Assembly: GCA_044892505.1 (NCBI GenBank)
Contig: CM097882.1
Span: 380,432,001 to 380,496,000 of the forward strand
Direction: 5' to 3'
DNA: 64,000 bases
From: Schmidtea nova
Taxonomy: Eukaryota
Each line of letters begins with the position of its first letter. The stretch's first letter is position 1. Of this stretch, positions 12,101-25,318 are shown one piece after another. The notes below the pieces were generated by a model. That model was given only the letters and a program-made list of their open reading frames with translations, searched no databases and had not been told where the DNA came from. Made by a program: the position numbers and the translations under genes.

Positions 12101-15050
12101 TGCCCTCACTTCAAGCGACAGAAGTCGACGGTGACCAAATTTCCTCTATATCTTCGTCTTTCCAACTTCCTGTTTTTTCTTATTTTTTCAATAAGCTTTC
12201 TCTAAATCAAAACCCAATAAATTTCCTTATAGATACCGGTTCAAGCGTATCCTTACTACCCAACATTTTCAGCTCAGACCAAAACACGAAAATCCAACTG
12301 AGCGCAGCTAACGGTTCACCAGTATATACCACTGGAACCAAACACATTAAATTTAGTATAGACGAAATGCCCGATTTATTTGAATGGACTTTCTACATTG
12401 CGAATGTCACTTGTCCAATATTAGGTTCTGATTTCTTAGCTACCAACAACCTTTTAGTCAATTGCAAAAACCCCAAAGTTTTAAAATCAAACAGTCAAAC
12501 CGTCAAAGCAATAACCGAAAATCAATCATTTTCAAACAAAAATACGCACCCATATATACAGACTATCCAAGAGCGTTACAATAAAACAAATACCAAGACG
12601 AATAATTTGGTAAATAACACTGGGGTGTACCAACATTCTATAGTCACAACCTCAACATTACCACTTCGAGAAAAGTTACGTCCTCTCACCAATGAAAAAT
12701 TAAAATATGTTCGGAAAGAATTTTCGGAACTAGAGGAACATGGAATTGTCAGGAAATTTCAGTCACCATGGGCATCACCAATACATTTGGTACTCAAGAA
12801 AGATGGTACCTACCGACCATGTGGCGACTACAGGAGACTCAACAATATAACCGTTCATGATTCCTATCCAATGCCATTAATAAATGAAGTTTTGCGCCGT
12901 TTAACGAACGCCAAAATCTTTTCAACAATTGACTTACAGAAAGAATATCACCAAATCCAACAAATCCCATGGATGTATGCAAAACAGCAGTAATTACACC
13001 AATAGGTTTATACTAATATCTCTACATGCCTTTTGGACTACGGAACGCAGCACAAACTTTCCAGAGACACATCGACAATATACTTGGAAAATTCAACTTT
13101 GTTGTCGCATACGTAGACGATATCTTAATAGGGTCCGAAAATGACAGTGAACTGGAAAAGCACATTAATTTATTTTTTAACGCACTGCATTCCAATAATC
13201 TAAAAATGAACCATAAAAAATGTTCGTTCTTTCAAGAAGAAGCCCGTCTTTTAGGACACTTGATTAGAAGCGATGGAATTAGACCTTTTCAAGAAAGGCT
13301 AGATTGCATCAAAAATTTTGAACTACCCAAAACGGTGACACAACTCCGAAGTTTTCTTGGTACAATAAATTACTGCCACAAATTCATACCTAAGATCTCA
13401 GAAATCCTAGCACCGATGACAAATTTGTCGAATGGAAAGAAAAATGAACTAGTTAAATGGAACAACGAAGCTCTACACTCTTTTACTAGAGCTAAAGAGT
13501 CATTATTAAAAATACAAACACTGGCATACATAAAACCAGATCTTCCGATCACTTTAACGACGGACGCGTCGAACACAACAATCGGAGCTGTTTTACACCA
13601 AATCAATCAAGGAATTCCTGAATCTTTAGAATTCCATTCACAAAAACTGAACGCGGCACAACAGAAGTACTCAACTTTCGACCGCGAACTCTTAGCTGTT
13701 TACCTTTCCATTAAACATTTTCCACATATTTTGGAAGGACGAAACTTCACTATATTCACAAACCATAAACCTTTGGTACATGCCATAACAATGAGAGACC
13801 CATCTCCTAGACAACAGAGAAAAATTTCATATATTGCTGAATACAGTTGAACGATCAGATATATAGCTGGCAGAGAAAACGTTGTTGCAGATTGTTTTTC
13901 TAGAAGTTCCTGCGCAATAACTCACCAGCCACTCCTTTCAGTCGACGAACTCAAGAGACACAAGCCAACAGAAGAAGACATATCCGTTTTCTTATCTGGG
14001 CACCTCAACCTCGATGACGTCGATTATGACATTTCAATTCCAGGCTGCATGAGACTTATACTCGCAGTTCCATTACGCAAACTAGCTTTTTCAGCAATCC
14101 ACGACTTACACCACCCAGGTTCTTCATCAACATATGAATTCCTGAAAACCAGAGTGGTATGGCCTTCCATGAGAAAAGATATAAAAGATTGGGTATCACA
14201 ATGTTTGTTTTGTCAACAAAACAAAATAAACAAAAACACTAAACCACCAATAATGAATTTTCCAACTGGAAATCGATTTGATGTTGTACACATCGATCTA
14301 GTAGGCCCATTACCAATGGATAACCGATATAGTCACATACTGACTATGATTGACAGAAAAACACGCTGGTTTGAAGCAATCCCATTAAAAACAATTACAG
14401 CTGAAAACGTTGCAACCAAAATCGTTCAAAATTGGATTTCACGTTATGGTGTTCCTAGAAACATCATAACAGATTGCGGAGCACAATTTGAATCCCAAAT
14501 CTTTAAGCACCTCACTGAAAGATTAGGAATCAAACATTGAAGCTCTACAGCATATCACCCGCAGACAAATGGTCTATTAGAACGGTTTCACATGACTTTG
14601 AAAACCTCTCTGAGAATACTCTCTATCTCGAAAGGTTCGACCAAGTAATTACCTTTCGTTTTAATGCCATGGAGAAACACTCCATCGACAACTACAGGAT
14701 CAACTCCTCAACTTTTATTTGGAACACAAACTTCACTACCTTCCGAGATCATAGATTTTGGAAATAATCCAACCTTAGAGGAATTAGAGACAGTAAGAGC
14801 ACACTTCTTCACTATCAACTCAGACCCTCAATTCACAACAAGTACCACACCGTATATTCCACGAAGTTTTGAAAAAGCAACTCACGTTTAGATCAGAACA
14901 ACATCTGATTCTGGTTTAAAACCGAGATACCTAGGCCTACACAAACTTGTAAAGATCACTGATAATCACGCACATGTGATCATCAATGGACAAAATCAGA
15001 CAATAAACCTAAGTCGATTAAAACCAGCATTAGATATCATCGAACAAACA
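12100..15050 (+). pseudogene. pol: pol of element 3 (PR, RT, RNase H, integrase)
   Basis: FLIDTGS; RPCGDYRRLN; MPFGL...YVDD; TTDAS; HHPG, VHIDLVGP, ITDCG; frameshifts and stops. Confidence 0.93.
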
Positions 15051-15587
15051 AATTCACAAGACCATGAAGTTGAACACTTCATAGAAAGAAACAACGATTT
15101 CATGGACAATCAAGATTTTAGTTCAAGCCCAAATGATGGTTACATTCACTAAAACAATGTCCAAAGTCAAAATCAAACGAATGATTTTGAGACAATGACA
15201 GCAATACCAAACAACACCGAACAAACATACAAACCAAACACATCAATTGAAACCCAAGACTTAAAGAACAAACAATCAAACAAAAAATCGATTCTAAAAA
15301 ACAACCAACAAGACAGACCTTCATCAAATACAAGATCCAAAAAGACATCTTTCGCATATTGGGTACGCGAAAGAACAATAGGACAACCGATAAATACTCC
15401 TACACGGTCGATACGCATCATAAAATAACCAAAAAACACTTATAACTTCTTTTCTTCTTCTCCTTTTTCCCTACCTCCCCAAAATTGTCGCAAGTTTGTA
15501 CAAATCTGTAAATAAACATGTAAATAGAAAGAGTGCTAGTTTCGGACAATGGTTCCTACATGCTCCGCACTTTTTCGGAGGGCTATA

Positions 15588-15844
15588 TGTAAGTAACTCT
15601 TCTAGTTACTGTATTTTTTTATTATGTTTTTTTTGTTGTTCGATTGTTTAAATGTGATAAAAATAAATAAGCGATAGCTAATTACAAAATTAAAATAAAT
15701 TATTATTAAATCAATATTTGAGCTTAGTTAAATTATATTATATATAAATTACAAATTACAATTATATCAAGCAATAATCAAATCCGATTACTTTGCAATT
15801 GTAATATTTTATCAATTATATTCATCTACCGAAGATCGGTTAAA
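15588..15844 (+). repeat. 3' LTR of element 3
   Basis: Near-identical to 8860-9116. Confidence 0.92.
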
Positions 15845-15937
15845 CTGACGTCATACAATAATGTTTTCAAGTTGGTCTAGTAGTTAAGTTAAATTAAATT
15901 CAATAATTATAAATAAAATTTATAGATCTTAGATAAA

Positions 15938-17047
15938 ATGTCGATGAAAGAGAGAAGGCACGAAAACGGAGCCGAGAAGAGAAGAAAGAAAAAGGAAGCC
16001 ACAGTGAAGCTTCAAGAAGAAATTAAAATGACTCCGTCACTTTTCCAACTTGGCTTCACTCGTTCGTCTGCAGAAGATCAAGCCTGTGGTAGTACTGCCA
16101 CTGGCAGTGCCAGCGATGTTATGGCGACAGACTTGCCTTCCGAAGTGACTGCTGTACAAATGGCTGAGCCTCAGAACACCATAGATGAGACTGCCAAAAC
16201 CGATCAGGATTTTAGTGTGATTGCTCCGAAGAGGCAAATTCAGGGACCGGAATTTCAAAAAGACGTCGGATTATGGGAAAACATTACTAACGCAGTGAAA
16301 GAACATTGGTGTAGTAAAGCTCCTGTTGAATGCCAGCACTTTGATTGTGATTTTTCGGCTTCGCGTAGGTAGTACGATGATGGTACTGCACGATATTTTA
16401 CTCGTTCCTTGATGTTTCAGAAGCATATGAATGGAGAACAAATTAAACGGGAATGGTTGATGTACTCGCGAACTTCTGGCAATGTATACTGTTTTCCCTG
16501 CGTCTTATTTCGTGATGCAGGTAAAGGAATTCAAACACAATTTTGTGATGGATTTTCTGACTGGAAAAATGTTTCTCAGTGCATCCAGATGTACGAGAAC
16601 AGTGAGATGCACCGAGCATGTATGCAGGCGCTTATTACTAGGCGACGTGCAGTATGTCGCTTAGACTGCTGTTTACAAATTCAATTCGACAAAGAGAAAG
16701 AATGCTGGATAAAGGTTCTACAACAAGTAGTGTCGGTTGCCAAGTTTCTGTCGTCACGTGGATTAGCCTTTCGCGGTAAAAATGAAAATATAGGATCCAA
16801 ACACAACGGAAATTACTTGGGCGTTTTAGAGTTGATTGAGCAATACGATCCTTTCGTGGGTTCTCATTTAGTCAAATATGGTAACCAAGGCCGAGGAAGA
16901 CCGCCCTACCTATCATCTACTTCTTGCCAAGAACGATTGAATACACTTGCCGTTATGGCCACTGAAAACGAAATTTTTCAGAATATTGACTTTCAGGATA
17001 TTTTAAACGACTTCACTACTGTGAAATTAAGACAGAAGACTTTTTGA
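15938..17047 (+). pseudogene. hAT transposase (TTF zinc finger/DUF4371 type) lacking the catalytic core
   Basis: WLMYS...VYCFPCVLF...GFSDWKN; RGLAFRG; GNYLGVLELI; YLS joins directly to C-terminal QERLNTLA...IDFQDILNDF. Confidence 0.85.
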
Positions 17048-17461
17048 AGGTTCGTTAGTCGTTACTTAAAAGGAGATTGGTAATTGTAAGTTAGGTTGAC
17101 TCGTATTTTACGGTATGGAACGGTAGCTATCTATCGTAGATCGTAATTTAAGTTTCATATTATTTCTTTCTGGATAAATAATTAAATACGTAAATATACA
17201 GACTACAGTGATTGTTTTCTTAAATTATTAATCTAATAATTATAATGTCGTATTGGAATTACGGTATTGCTACATATAATATTTTATACTTATAAAAGGA
17301 CATTTTATGTCTTGGCACTGATAGGCTAATTTAAACGAGTGAAATCGACTGGTCACTGGCGTTCTACTTCTAGTAGGCACCAGGCCGACTAGGGGCATGG
17401 GGCCCCAAAAGTTTGACTGCCTATGGGCCTCCACGGTGCTTAATCCGGCGCTGGTGGTAAA

Positions 17462-20171
17462 GAGTTGTGGAAACAATTTGGAATTCAAATACAATGGCCT
17501 CAGAAAGATATAAAAACAATCAGTCATGAACACGTGTAATATCGAAGCAAAGTTTGGGAAACTGATAACAGGAATGGAAAGATTTAACAGAGCAATAAAA
17601 GCATTAAAAGTAAACGATGCGGTATTAACAGAAATCATAAGGAATAACCAGGATGTTTTTATGCCAAACAAATGGGACATCGGATGCACAACTTTGTTAA
17701 AACATAATATAGATACACACGGGAATCCAATAAATATCAAGCCACGAAGACAACCAGTTCATTTAGAACCAAAGATTGAGGAGGCAATACATAATCTATT
17801 TGAAAATGGAATTATTAAGAAATGCAATTCATCGTGGAATACACCAATGGTTTGTGTCTGGAAAAAAGATAAACAATACATCAAATTATGTCTAGATTCA
17901 GACAGTTAAATCTAGTTACAAATAGACAAGCGTATCCAATGCCAAATATAGCGGAGATATTGTATAGATTGGAAGGAGCAAAACATTTTACATTAGTAGA
18001 CCTGGGAAATGCATATTATCAGGTTGAACTTGAAGAAAATTCAAAAGAAAAGGCGGCATTTCCAACCACGACGGGCCAATATTGTTTCAACAGAATGCCA
18101 TTTGGAATAGCGGCGGGGCCAGGAACATTTTAGGAGTTAATGGGAAAAGTACTAGGCAACATAAAAGGTACAGTTGTTTATTTGGATGACATTTTAGTAT
18201 TCACAGAGACAAAAGAGCAACATTATGCGGTTCTGAAAGAGGTACTAGGAAGAGTTAGACTAGCAGGATTGAGAATAAACCCAGAAAAATGTCATATACT
18301 GGTTACAGAACTAAAGTTCCTAGGGCACATTATAAACAAGGATGGTATACAAAAAGACCCTTCGAAATTAGAAGCAATAAAATTATTCCAGAAGCCGAAA
18401 TGTATAATGAATCTAAGGAGTTTTTTTAGGGATATGTAACTATTATAGATGGTTTATCAAAGACTATGCCAAGAAAGCTAGAACGCTGGATGAATTATGT
18501 GGAAAAAACAATGTAAAATTAATCTGGACAGAAAACTGCGAAAAAGCCTTCGAAGAAATGAAAAATGCACTAACAGAATCCTTTGTTTTAGGATACCCAG
18601 ATTTTACAAGAGAGTTCATTCTAGATACAGACGCCAGTTTTGATACAATTGGGGCTGTACTATCACAAAGAGATGATAATGGTTACGAAAAGGTTATAGT
18701 ATATAGGCCACACACGATGAGTAGTTATGAAAAAGGGTATTGTATTACGAGAAAAGAGCTACTTGCAATTTACTACTTTTGTCATCATTTTAACCACTAC
18801 CTGTACGGCAAAAGATTTACGTTGAGAACGGATCACAAAGCAATCACGTTCATACTATCCACAAAAAAGCCAATAACTGCGCAATTTCAGACATGGATCA
18901 GCCATCTCAGTAGTCTAGACATTAAAATGGAATACAGAAAGGGAGTGAATCACACAAATGCCGATGCATTGTCAAGAAGTACTTTCGGAACTTGTACACA
19001 ATGTCTCTTGAATCACGAGAATGCAAAGTCCGAGAAAATGAAAACAAGGCGTATAAACATGATAAAGAAAACGGAAAGTTGTAAATGGCAACAAGATGAT
19101 GAAGAAATAAGACAAATAAAGGAAGATATAGAACAAGGGTTATGTTGGAAATACATATTGAAAGAAGGGGTAGTAACGACTAAGGAAGGAAAAATATGGA
19201 TTCCGAAGAATAAGAAACGGGAAATGATAAAAGAAATGCACGGAGTACTATCACACTTAGGAGCTGAAAAAGTGACAAAATATATAGCTGATCATTATGA
19301 TATGAAGGATATAAAAGAATCGATGAAAGAAACAATTAGAGCTTGTGAACCATGTCAAAGGACAAAGGTGGTTACGACAAAAACGAAGGAAGAGACAATT
19401 AAACTTAGCGCTGATGAACCATGGGAGAAAGTATACATAGACATATGCGGGCCATTTCCAGAGACATTTAGAAAGAAAAAATATATTATTGCAATAATTG
19501 ATCATTTTAGTAGATACATATCATTGACAGCCGTAAATAAGCAGGATGAGAACACGATAAAGGAAACGATGAATAACAAATGGATTCTGAAATTTGGAGC
19601 ACCAAAAAAAATGCATGTAGATTGTGGAAAAACGTTTGAATCGAAGGTAATAAAAGATTTCACAGAATCAATGGGAATCACACTGTGTTTTTCGAGTCCG
19701 TATCATCATAATACAAATGGGAGTGTTGAAAGGCAATTTAGGACAATAAGAGATTATGTAAACGCATCATTAAAAGAAGTTAATCGAACAAGTTGGTCAG
19801 ATATATTGTCAGAAATTGAATTTACATTAAACGCAAAATTTTAAAAGACAATTGGGAAGAGTCCTGCTGAAGTGGTATTTGAGAGGAAAATATTCAGAGA
19901 ACGATGGTACAGTAAGAAACCGGGAGAGAATGCCATAGAAAAACCACAGGAGGAAATTGTCACTGGGAGAGAGTTTAAAATTGGAGATTCGGTACAAGTA
20001 AAAGTCGAAACTAGATCCAAAGACAAAGACAGATACGAAGGCCCATACGAAGTGATTCAAAAAATACATGATGGACGATATGCGTTACATGACGAAAATG
20101 GAAGATTGATTCAAAGGAATGTAGAGAAGATGAAAGAATTTCTTAAAGAAGGGGGATGTGGGGATATTTAG
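17462..20171 (+). pseudogene. pol: Remainder of element 2 pol (RT, RNase H, integrase)
   Basis: MPFG, YLDD, LDTDAS, YIDICGP, VDCG, VERQF, EGPY. Confidence 0.93.
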
Positions 20172-21403
20172 ACATGGTTATTAGCGAGCATTATAGGGTT
20201 TACAAAAAGGTTTCATCCTTTTCCAAAAAAGTTTCATCCTCTTCCAAAAAAGTTTCATCCTTTTACAGAAAAGTTTCATCTTTTAATAACAATTTTTCTG
20301 GATGAATGTGGAATCAGATGCAGCATGAGTCGATCCTATGGGCGAAGTTTAAGCCTCACCGATAAAATCCGTTAGAGCCATCAGAAGCCAGAATATTTCA
20401 ATATCCGCGGCAATCACTCGTAATAGTATTTACTTTTTCGAATACAGCTTGACAGCTTATAACGGGGAGAAATATGATCTGTTCTTTACAAATTTGTTGG
20501 CTAAGCTGAGATCTGAAGGAATAAGAAAAACCATCATATTAGAAAAATAGCCTTCACAATCGTTTCCAGTTATTTGACTACTGGCCGTTCGCATCACCTT
20601 TAAAAGCTATTCCAGAGTATCGCAGTTTGCATCTTTGATCAAACCGTTCCACTGTGAGAATAAATTCTCAATTGGATTGAGCTGTGGGCTATAAGGTGGA
20701 AAGAATAATACTCTATGTCATTCACTATGAATAAGATCCGTTATGTGTGCCATTTTGTGAAAAGCCACATTATCCATCACAAAACATCGGTTTGTAATTA
20801 TTTCAGATCTCAACTTAGTCAACAAATTTGTAAAGAACAGATCATATTTCTCCCTGTTATAAGCTGTCAAGCTGTATTCGAAAAAGTAAATACTATTACG
20901 AGTGATTGCCGCGGATATTGAAATATTCTGGCTTCTGATGGCTCTAACGGCTTTTCTCGGTGAGGTTCCCCTCAAACGTCGCATATAGAATCGTCTCATG
21001 CTGCAGCTGATTCCACATTCATCCAGAAAAATTGTTAATAAAAGATGAAACTTTTCTGTAAAAGGATGAAACTTTTTTGGAAGAGGATGAAACTTTTTTA
21101 GAAAAGGATGAAACTTTTTTGGAAACTCTATAAAATTAAAATTAAATAATTATTTGGAGATAGTTAAAATAAGTTTTAAATGTTTTATTAAAAATTTTAT
21201 ATTAAAATAGTTTAATTTAATTTAAAAAGTTTAATCTTATAAAATTTTTTCATATTTATTATTTTTTTTAAGTGTTTTAAATAAAAATGCTCGTTTTTAA
21301 AGTTGTTTAAATGTCCTCAAATAGACGAACATTTTCTCGAAATAAATATTTTGGATGACTTTAGAATTTGAACTAACCGAAGATGTTTTAACAACATCTA
21401 ACA
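20157..21403 (+). repeat. 3' LTR of element 2, interrupted by a Tc1-like insertion
   Basis: Aligns with the 5' LTR on both sides of 20194-21130. Confidence 0.85.
20194..21130 (-). mobile_element. Non-autonomous Tc1/IS630-like element with about 325-bp inverted arms
   Basis: TA duplication (20192-93, 21131-32); four subterminal AAAAGTTTCATC repeats per end; minus-strand VMDNVAFHK and PPYSPQLNPIENLFSQW. Confidence 0.88.
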
Positions 21404-22693
21404 ATATTAATAGGGTATTAAATAATTATTTCTTGTTCAAGCTCTCAACATTCAACGGCAGTCAAATCCAAACTTTTGTATTTGGAAATGAATAATTTGT
21501 ACAAAGTTGTAATAATCAATATACATTGGGATTTATTATTTCTTTCTTAAAGAACACATTAAGAGTAAGAGATATCGGTTGTTTCTTAAATCAAACTTGT
21601 TAAGTGACATAAACAATGATTTGTCATGAAATATTTAAAGTAGCACAAAATGGATAAAATCTAAGATAATTATAATTAAAAAGAAATTGGGAATACACAC
21701 ACACTAATTATATCATTTGAATTCAATTTTGAAAAATTGTGTTCAATATTTTAATGTTTTACATGTCGCTATAGTTTCATATTCAATTTCGCATAGAATG
21801 ATGGTTCAAATTATAGTTATGGTTCTTTCTAAAACCTTTTTAAAACGAAAAATAACAGACATAATAAAAACAATAACCGAAAATATTAAAGAATTATTCA
21901 AATAGTTTTTCAAAATCTAATAAATTTCAAAATATTTTAGTATCAAAACTCTCCGTTGGAAAATCAAAACAGCAAAATTTTCCACTGTGGTGACTTTGTT
22001 TCAAAGGGCTTATAATTCTATACTAAACTGATCCTTAACCGGCACAACTTAAGTTTGCAGGTTGAGTCCCACCTTTTTAATTAAGTATAATATTATATGT
22101 CTAAGTTTTAAATTTAAGAAATGATCTCTTAAGTTCTAATACTAATTTAAGCAGTACATTATATTTTTCTTTTCTGAGTTCATTTACTTTTTGAAACATT
22201 GTTTTGTAATGCTGCAAAAAAATTACATTAATAAACTTAATAAATTCCTATTTTATGGAATTTGATTCTTTTTTGACACAATGTTTAATTTGTCACGACT
22301 AGAGAGAAGTTTATTCATGTATAATCACGTGTTTTTAATGTGAATTTATATTTATAAATATATATAATCAAAAAATTATATTATAGTATTAAAGTATATC
22401 TCTTTTGGATGACATGCAAAAATCAGTTTTTCTATCTTAAAGATATGCAAAGTCGATAAAGATGCTAATATTTTAAAACAAATTAATTCATTAGCCTTAT
22501 GAAATTTAATTCCAAATTGGAGAAAACGATATAAAGATCATTGAAATATTTGTTTAAAATTTACTAATAGAACGGGAAATAATTGCGAAGTTTTTCATTA
22601 TGTCGTGATTTTTTGTTCTACAGTTTAATTAACTAAAAGAAAATAAAATGTAAAAGATGTTATTTATTTGCAATGGCGAGTTTGTAAAATGCA

Positions 22694-23283
22694 CTATTCA
22701 TAAGACTTTATGAGATTTCTCAACTTGTTTGTAGTAATTCCAGTAGAAATATTAGACCTTTTCTCCTCTATATATCTTTTTGAAGTTGATAGTCGACTGT
22801 TTAAATTCGGATCTTGAAGTGGATAAATTGACACTGCGTCATTGTTAGGTTCAAGCTTATTTACTAAATTTTTAAAATCTCCTGATAAATCTTTACTATT
22901 CTTGAGTTGTCGTAAAATTGTTTCCGTTGAAGTGCCTGTTTTATTTTTAAAATTTGGCATAGATTTCCGTTGGATTTCATAGCTATCTTGCCATCGTTCT
23001 CGCCATTTTTCAGCAATACCCATTGAATATGGCATAGAAAGTCTTGAATGCACTGGTATTGTTCTTTTACCAGTCCATGTCGATTCGGAGATACTCTTTG
23101 AATCAGAAAAGTTGTTTGAGTACCTCGGGGCACTCCACACTTTGAAGGCATTATGCACTGTCTTTCTAGAACGAGCAAGTTCATAATTTTCTGAGTATAT
23201 AATTTGAAAGTGTTTAATGTTTTCCAATGGTAAAAGATCTTTATTAAGTCGTGCGTTCTTTTCAAAGCATTCCAGCGCGATCA
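22694..23283 (-). CDS. Probable host exon of unknown product
   Basis: 222-aa ORF (22694-23362) in AT-rich DNA; TTAG acceptor-like site near 23284; no motif recognised. Confidence 0.35.
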
Positions 23284-24279
23284 CTAAGATATAGATATCA
23301 ATAAAAATTACATGAATGTTTAAATTTTTAATGATTTTATCAGTTAATATCAAAAATTCCATTTATTGTAGTAGAGGAATGCTAGCCAAATGAAGCCAAA
23401 CATCGCAGAGACCATCACGAATTTATTTGCATATCCGTCTAAATTTTTTTTTAAAATGACGTTATTTAAATATAAAAATTTCGTAATTTTATAATTTTTT
23501 TCAAAATTATCCATTATAATTGAATAATTTTTGCGTAAAAATACAAAAATTACAAGATTTTTAAATTTAATATATTTATATTAATATTAAAATATCTTTA
23601 TTACATAATATCATATGCTGGGTTCATGGAGGGGTTAGATGAAAAATGCTCTAACAATGACTAGGGATCCCTCATCCATGATCATGCATAAAATTGCAAT
23701 TTTACACTCAAGCGCCCTTGATTAGTCCCCTATATAATCAAGTTGGTGATGCGCAGGGTGGTTAAACAATGATGGGCAGGTGAGCACTATCGCTAGTACT
23801 ACTCCCCATTTATGTTTACGGGTCCATTGCTGCCGTTAGAAGGACTTATGCTTTAATTATTTGCTTAGGTATTCCGCAAACATCTTTTTAGAAAACTTTA
23901 TGTTTAACATTGCGTATTCTGCGAGAAGTGTTCAAATCGAAATGCTCGCCTAATTATTTGTTATCTTGTGATATGATTTTATACTTTTATACTCCATTTA
24001 TCTAATTATTTGTCAAGTTACAGAATCCATTTAAAAGAACAATAACAATTAAATTATCCCGAAAATTTTATTTAAGTTTTAATTAATTCCGTAAAAACTC
24101 CAGCCGGAGGAAAAATCTCCGTCAATAATTCTTCTTCGGTCATCCGATGTAGACCATCTATTTGACTCTGTAATCGCTGAGCGAATAATTTCCTCTGTCT
24201 TCGCCGTTTCTGCCCAATGCGCTTGCGTTTCTGGTGCGCATTTGCCGTTGAGGTGGTTGAATTTGCTGCAGGAGCCGTC

Positions 24280-24654
24280 TCATTCCGACTTTCGATTAGA
24301 TCGGCGACATCCGTACCAATGGAATTTACAGTCTTCTTTTCTGATGTCCAAGCTTGATACGTAACCGGACGGATTTGCTCTAATATATGAGGCAGTTACG
24401 GAATGGAGGCATTTTCGGAGTTCTATCTTCGTAGCCTCCCATTCCATTTGGTAATCGGCTGCAGTCTGCTGGGCGCGTTCGGTTTTACTGATTTGCTCTT
24501 TCATCCTGGCCGGAGCAAACCAGCTTTTGCGCAAGTATGCAATCTGTGCCTCGGCTTTGATCAATTGTGCCTTGAGGAGACCCAATTCCTTGTCCTGGGC
24601 TCTCCGGATCCGCCACATCTTTTCCAATTCTCTCTGTATCAAATCGGTGGTCAT
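24280..24654 (-). pseudogene. 3' LTR copy of LTR-ORF B, frameshifted
   Basis: Matches 48764-49360 up to ...TASYI, then shifts frame at the 14-nt deletion. Confidence 0.7.
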
Positions 24655-24838
24655 TCTATAATTTATTTAGGATATTTACTTTATGATTAAATTATGTGAA
24701 AAATGAAAATCTGATTATAGGGTTATTAGGTTACGAATACGAACTATTAAAAACACAAAACAAAACTCAAAACAACAAAATAAAAACACCACTGAACATT
24801 AATATTTGAACACAATTTAAACATTTGTCAATCAGTTT

Positions 24839-25318
24839 TTATCTCCGAAACAAGCTATGTAATTCGCTGTTAATCGGCCTCCGACGAAGACGAGTCCAAG
24901 AGAATGAGGGTTGTCCTTTCTGGCACTCCTTGCCGAACGGTTTTCGTGGTAGAAATTCGTGTAGGCCTAGTTGACACAGTTCCCGACGAGGGATGTGCCC
25001 CCAATAAATTATACGGCTTGTCCGTCCCTCGGTGTTTTTGACCAATACGATCAATCGGCCAAACTTATTCGAGTACGGCCTTTGGGAAATCGGCCAGTTC
25101 GGTCCTCCTCGATAGGGTATTTGGTCGTTCCCTCCTGTCCATATCGAGAACGGGCATTTTCGGCCAAACCCATGTCGCCACTTATACATCTGGCAGTTGA
25201 GGGTTCGCAACACCGGTGCCGGTAGATCCTTGAGCTGCGAGATCTTTCCATTCTGGGTATCCCCTTGTTCCACATTCCGTAGTTGAGTTAATTGATTCAT
25301 AAATTCGGCTGTCGACAT
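24839..25318 (-). CDS. 3' LTR copy of LTR-ORF A (159 aa, unknown)
   Basis: One amino acid differs from the 49545-50024 copy. Confidence 0.55.
   Translation of the reverse strand: MSTAEFMNQLTQLRNVEQGDTQNGKISQLKDLPAPVLRTLNCQMYKWRHGFGRKCPFSIWTGGNDQIPYRGGPNWPISQRPYSNKFGRLIVLVKNTEGRTSRIIYWGHIPRRELCQLGLHEFLPRKPFGKECQKGQPSFSWTRLRRRPINSELHSLFRR

Larger units (their letters stand above)
8860..15844 (+). mobile_element. Ty3/Gypsy LTR retrotransposon 3 carrying a filamin fragment
   Basis: 257-bp LTRs (8860-9116, 15588-15844) differing at only a few sites; perfect TSD CTGAC (8855-8859, 15845-15849); PBS TGGTGTCAGAAG at 9118. Confidence 0.93.
8721..17453 (+). mobile_element. hAT DNA transposon (ZMYM1-like type), internally deleted; about 1.7 kb without the nested LTR element
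   Basis: Imperfect TIRs CAGTCCCGGATTA / TAATCCGGCGCTG; 8-bp TSD GGGGTATA (8713-8720) vs GTGGTAAA (17454-17461); removing element and one TSD restores IGGI-ELWKQFGIQ. Confidence 0.85.
6135..21403 (+). mobile_element. Ty3/Gypsy LTR retrotransposon 2, host of the nested insertions
   Basis: LTRs start TGTGAGGATATTTAG (6135) and TGTGGGGATATTTAG (20157); both end CATCTAACA (7003, 21403); flanks GTATT/ATATT; PPT AAGAAGGGGGA; pol frame rejoins across the 8721-17461 insertion. Confidence 0.88.
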
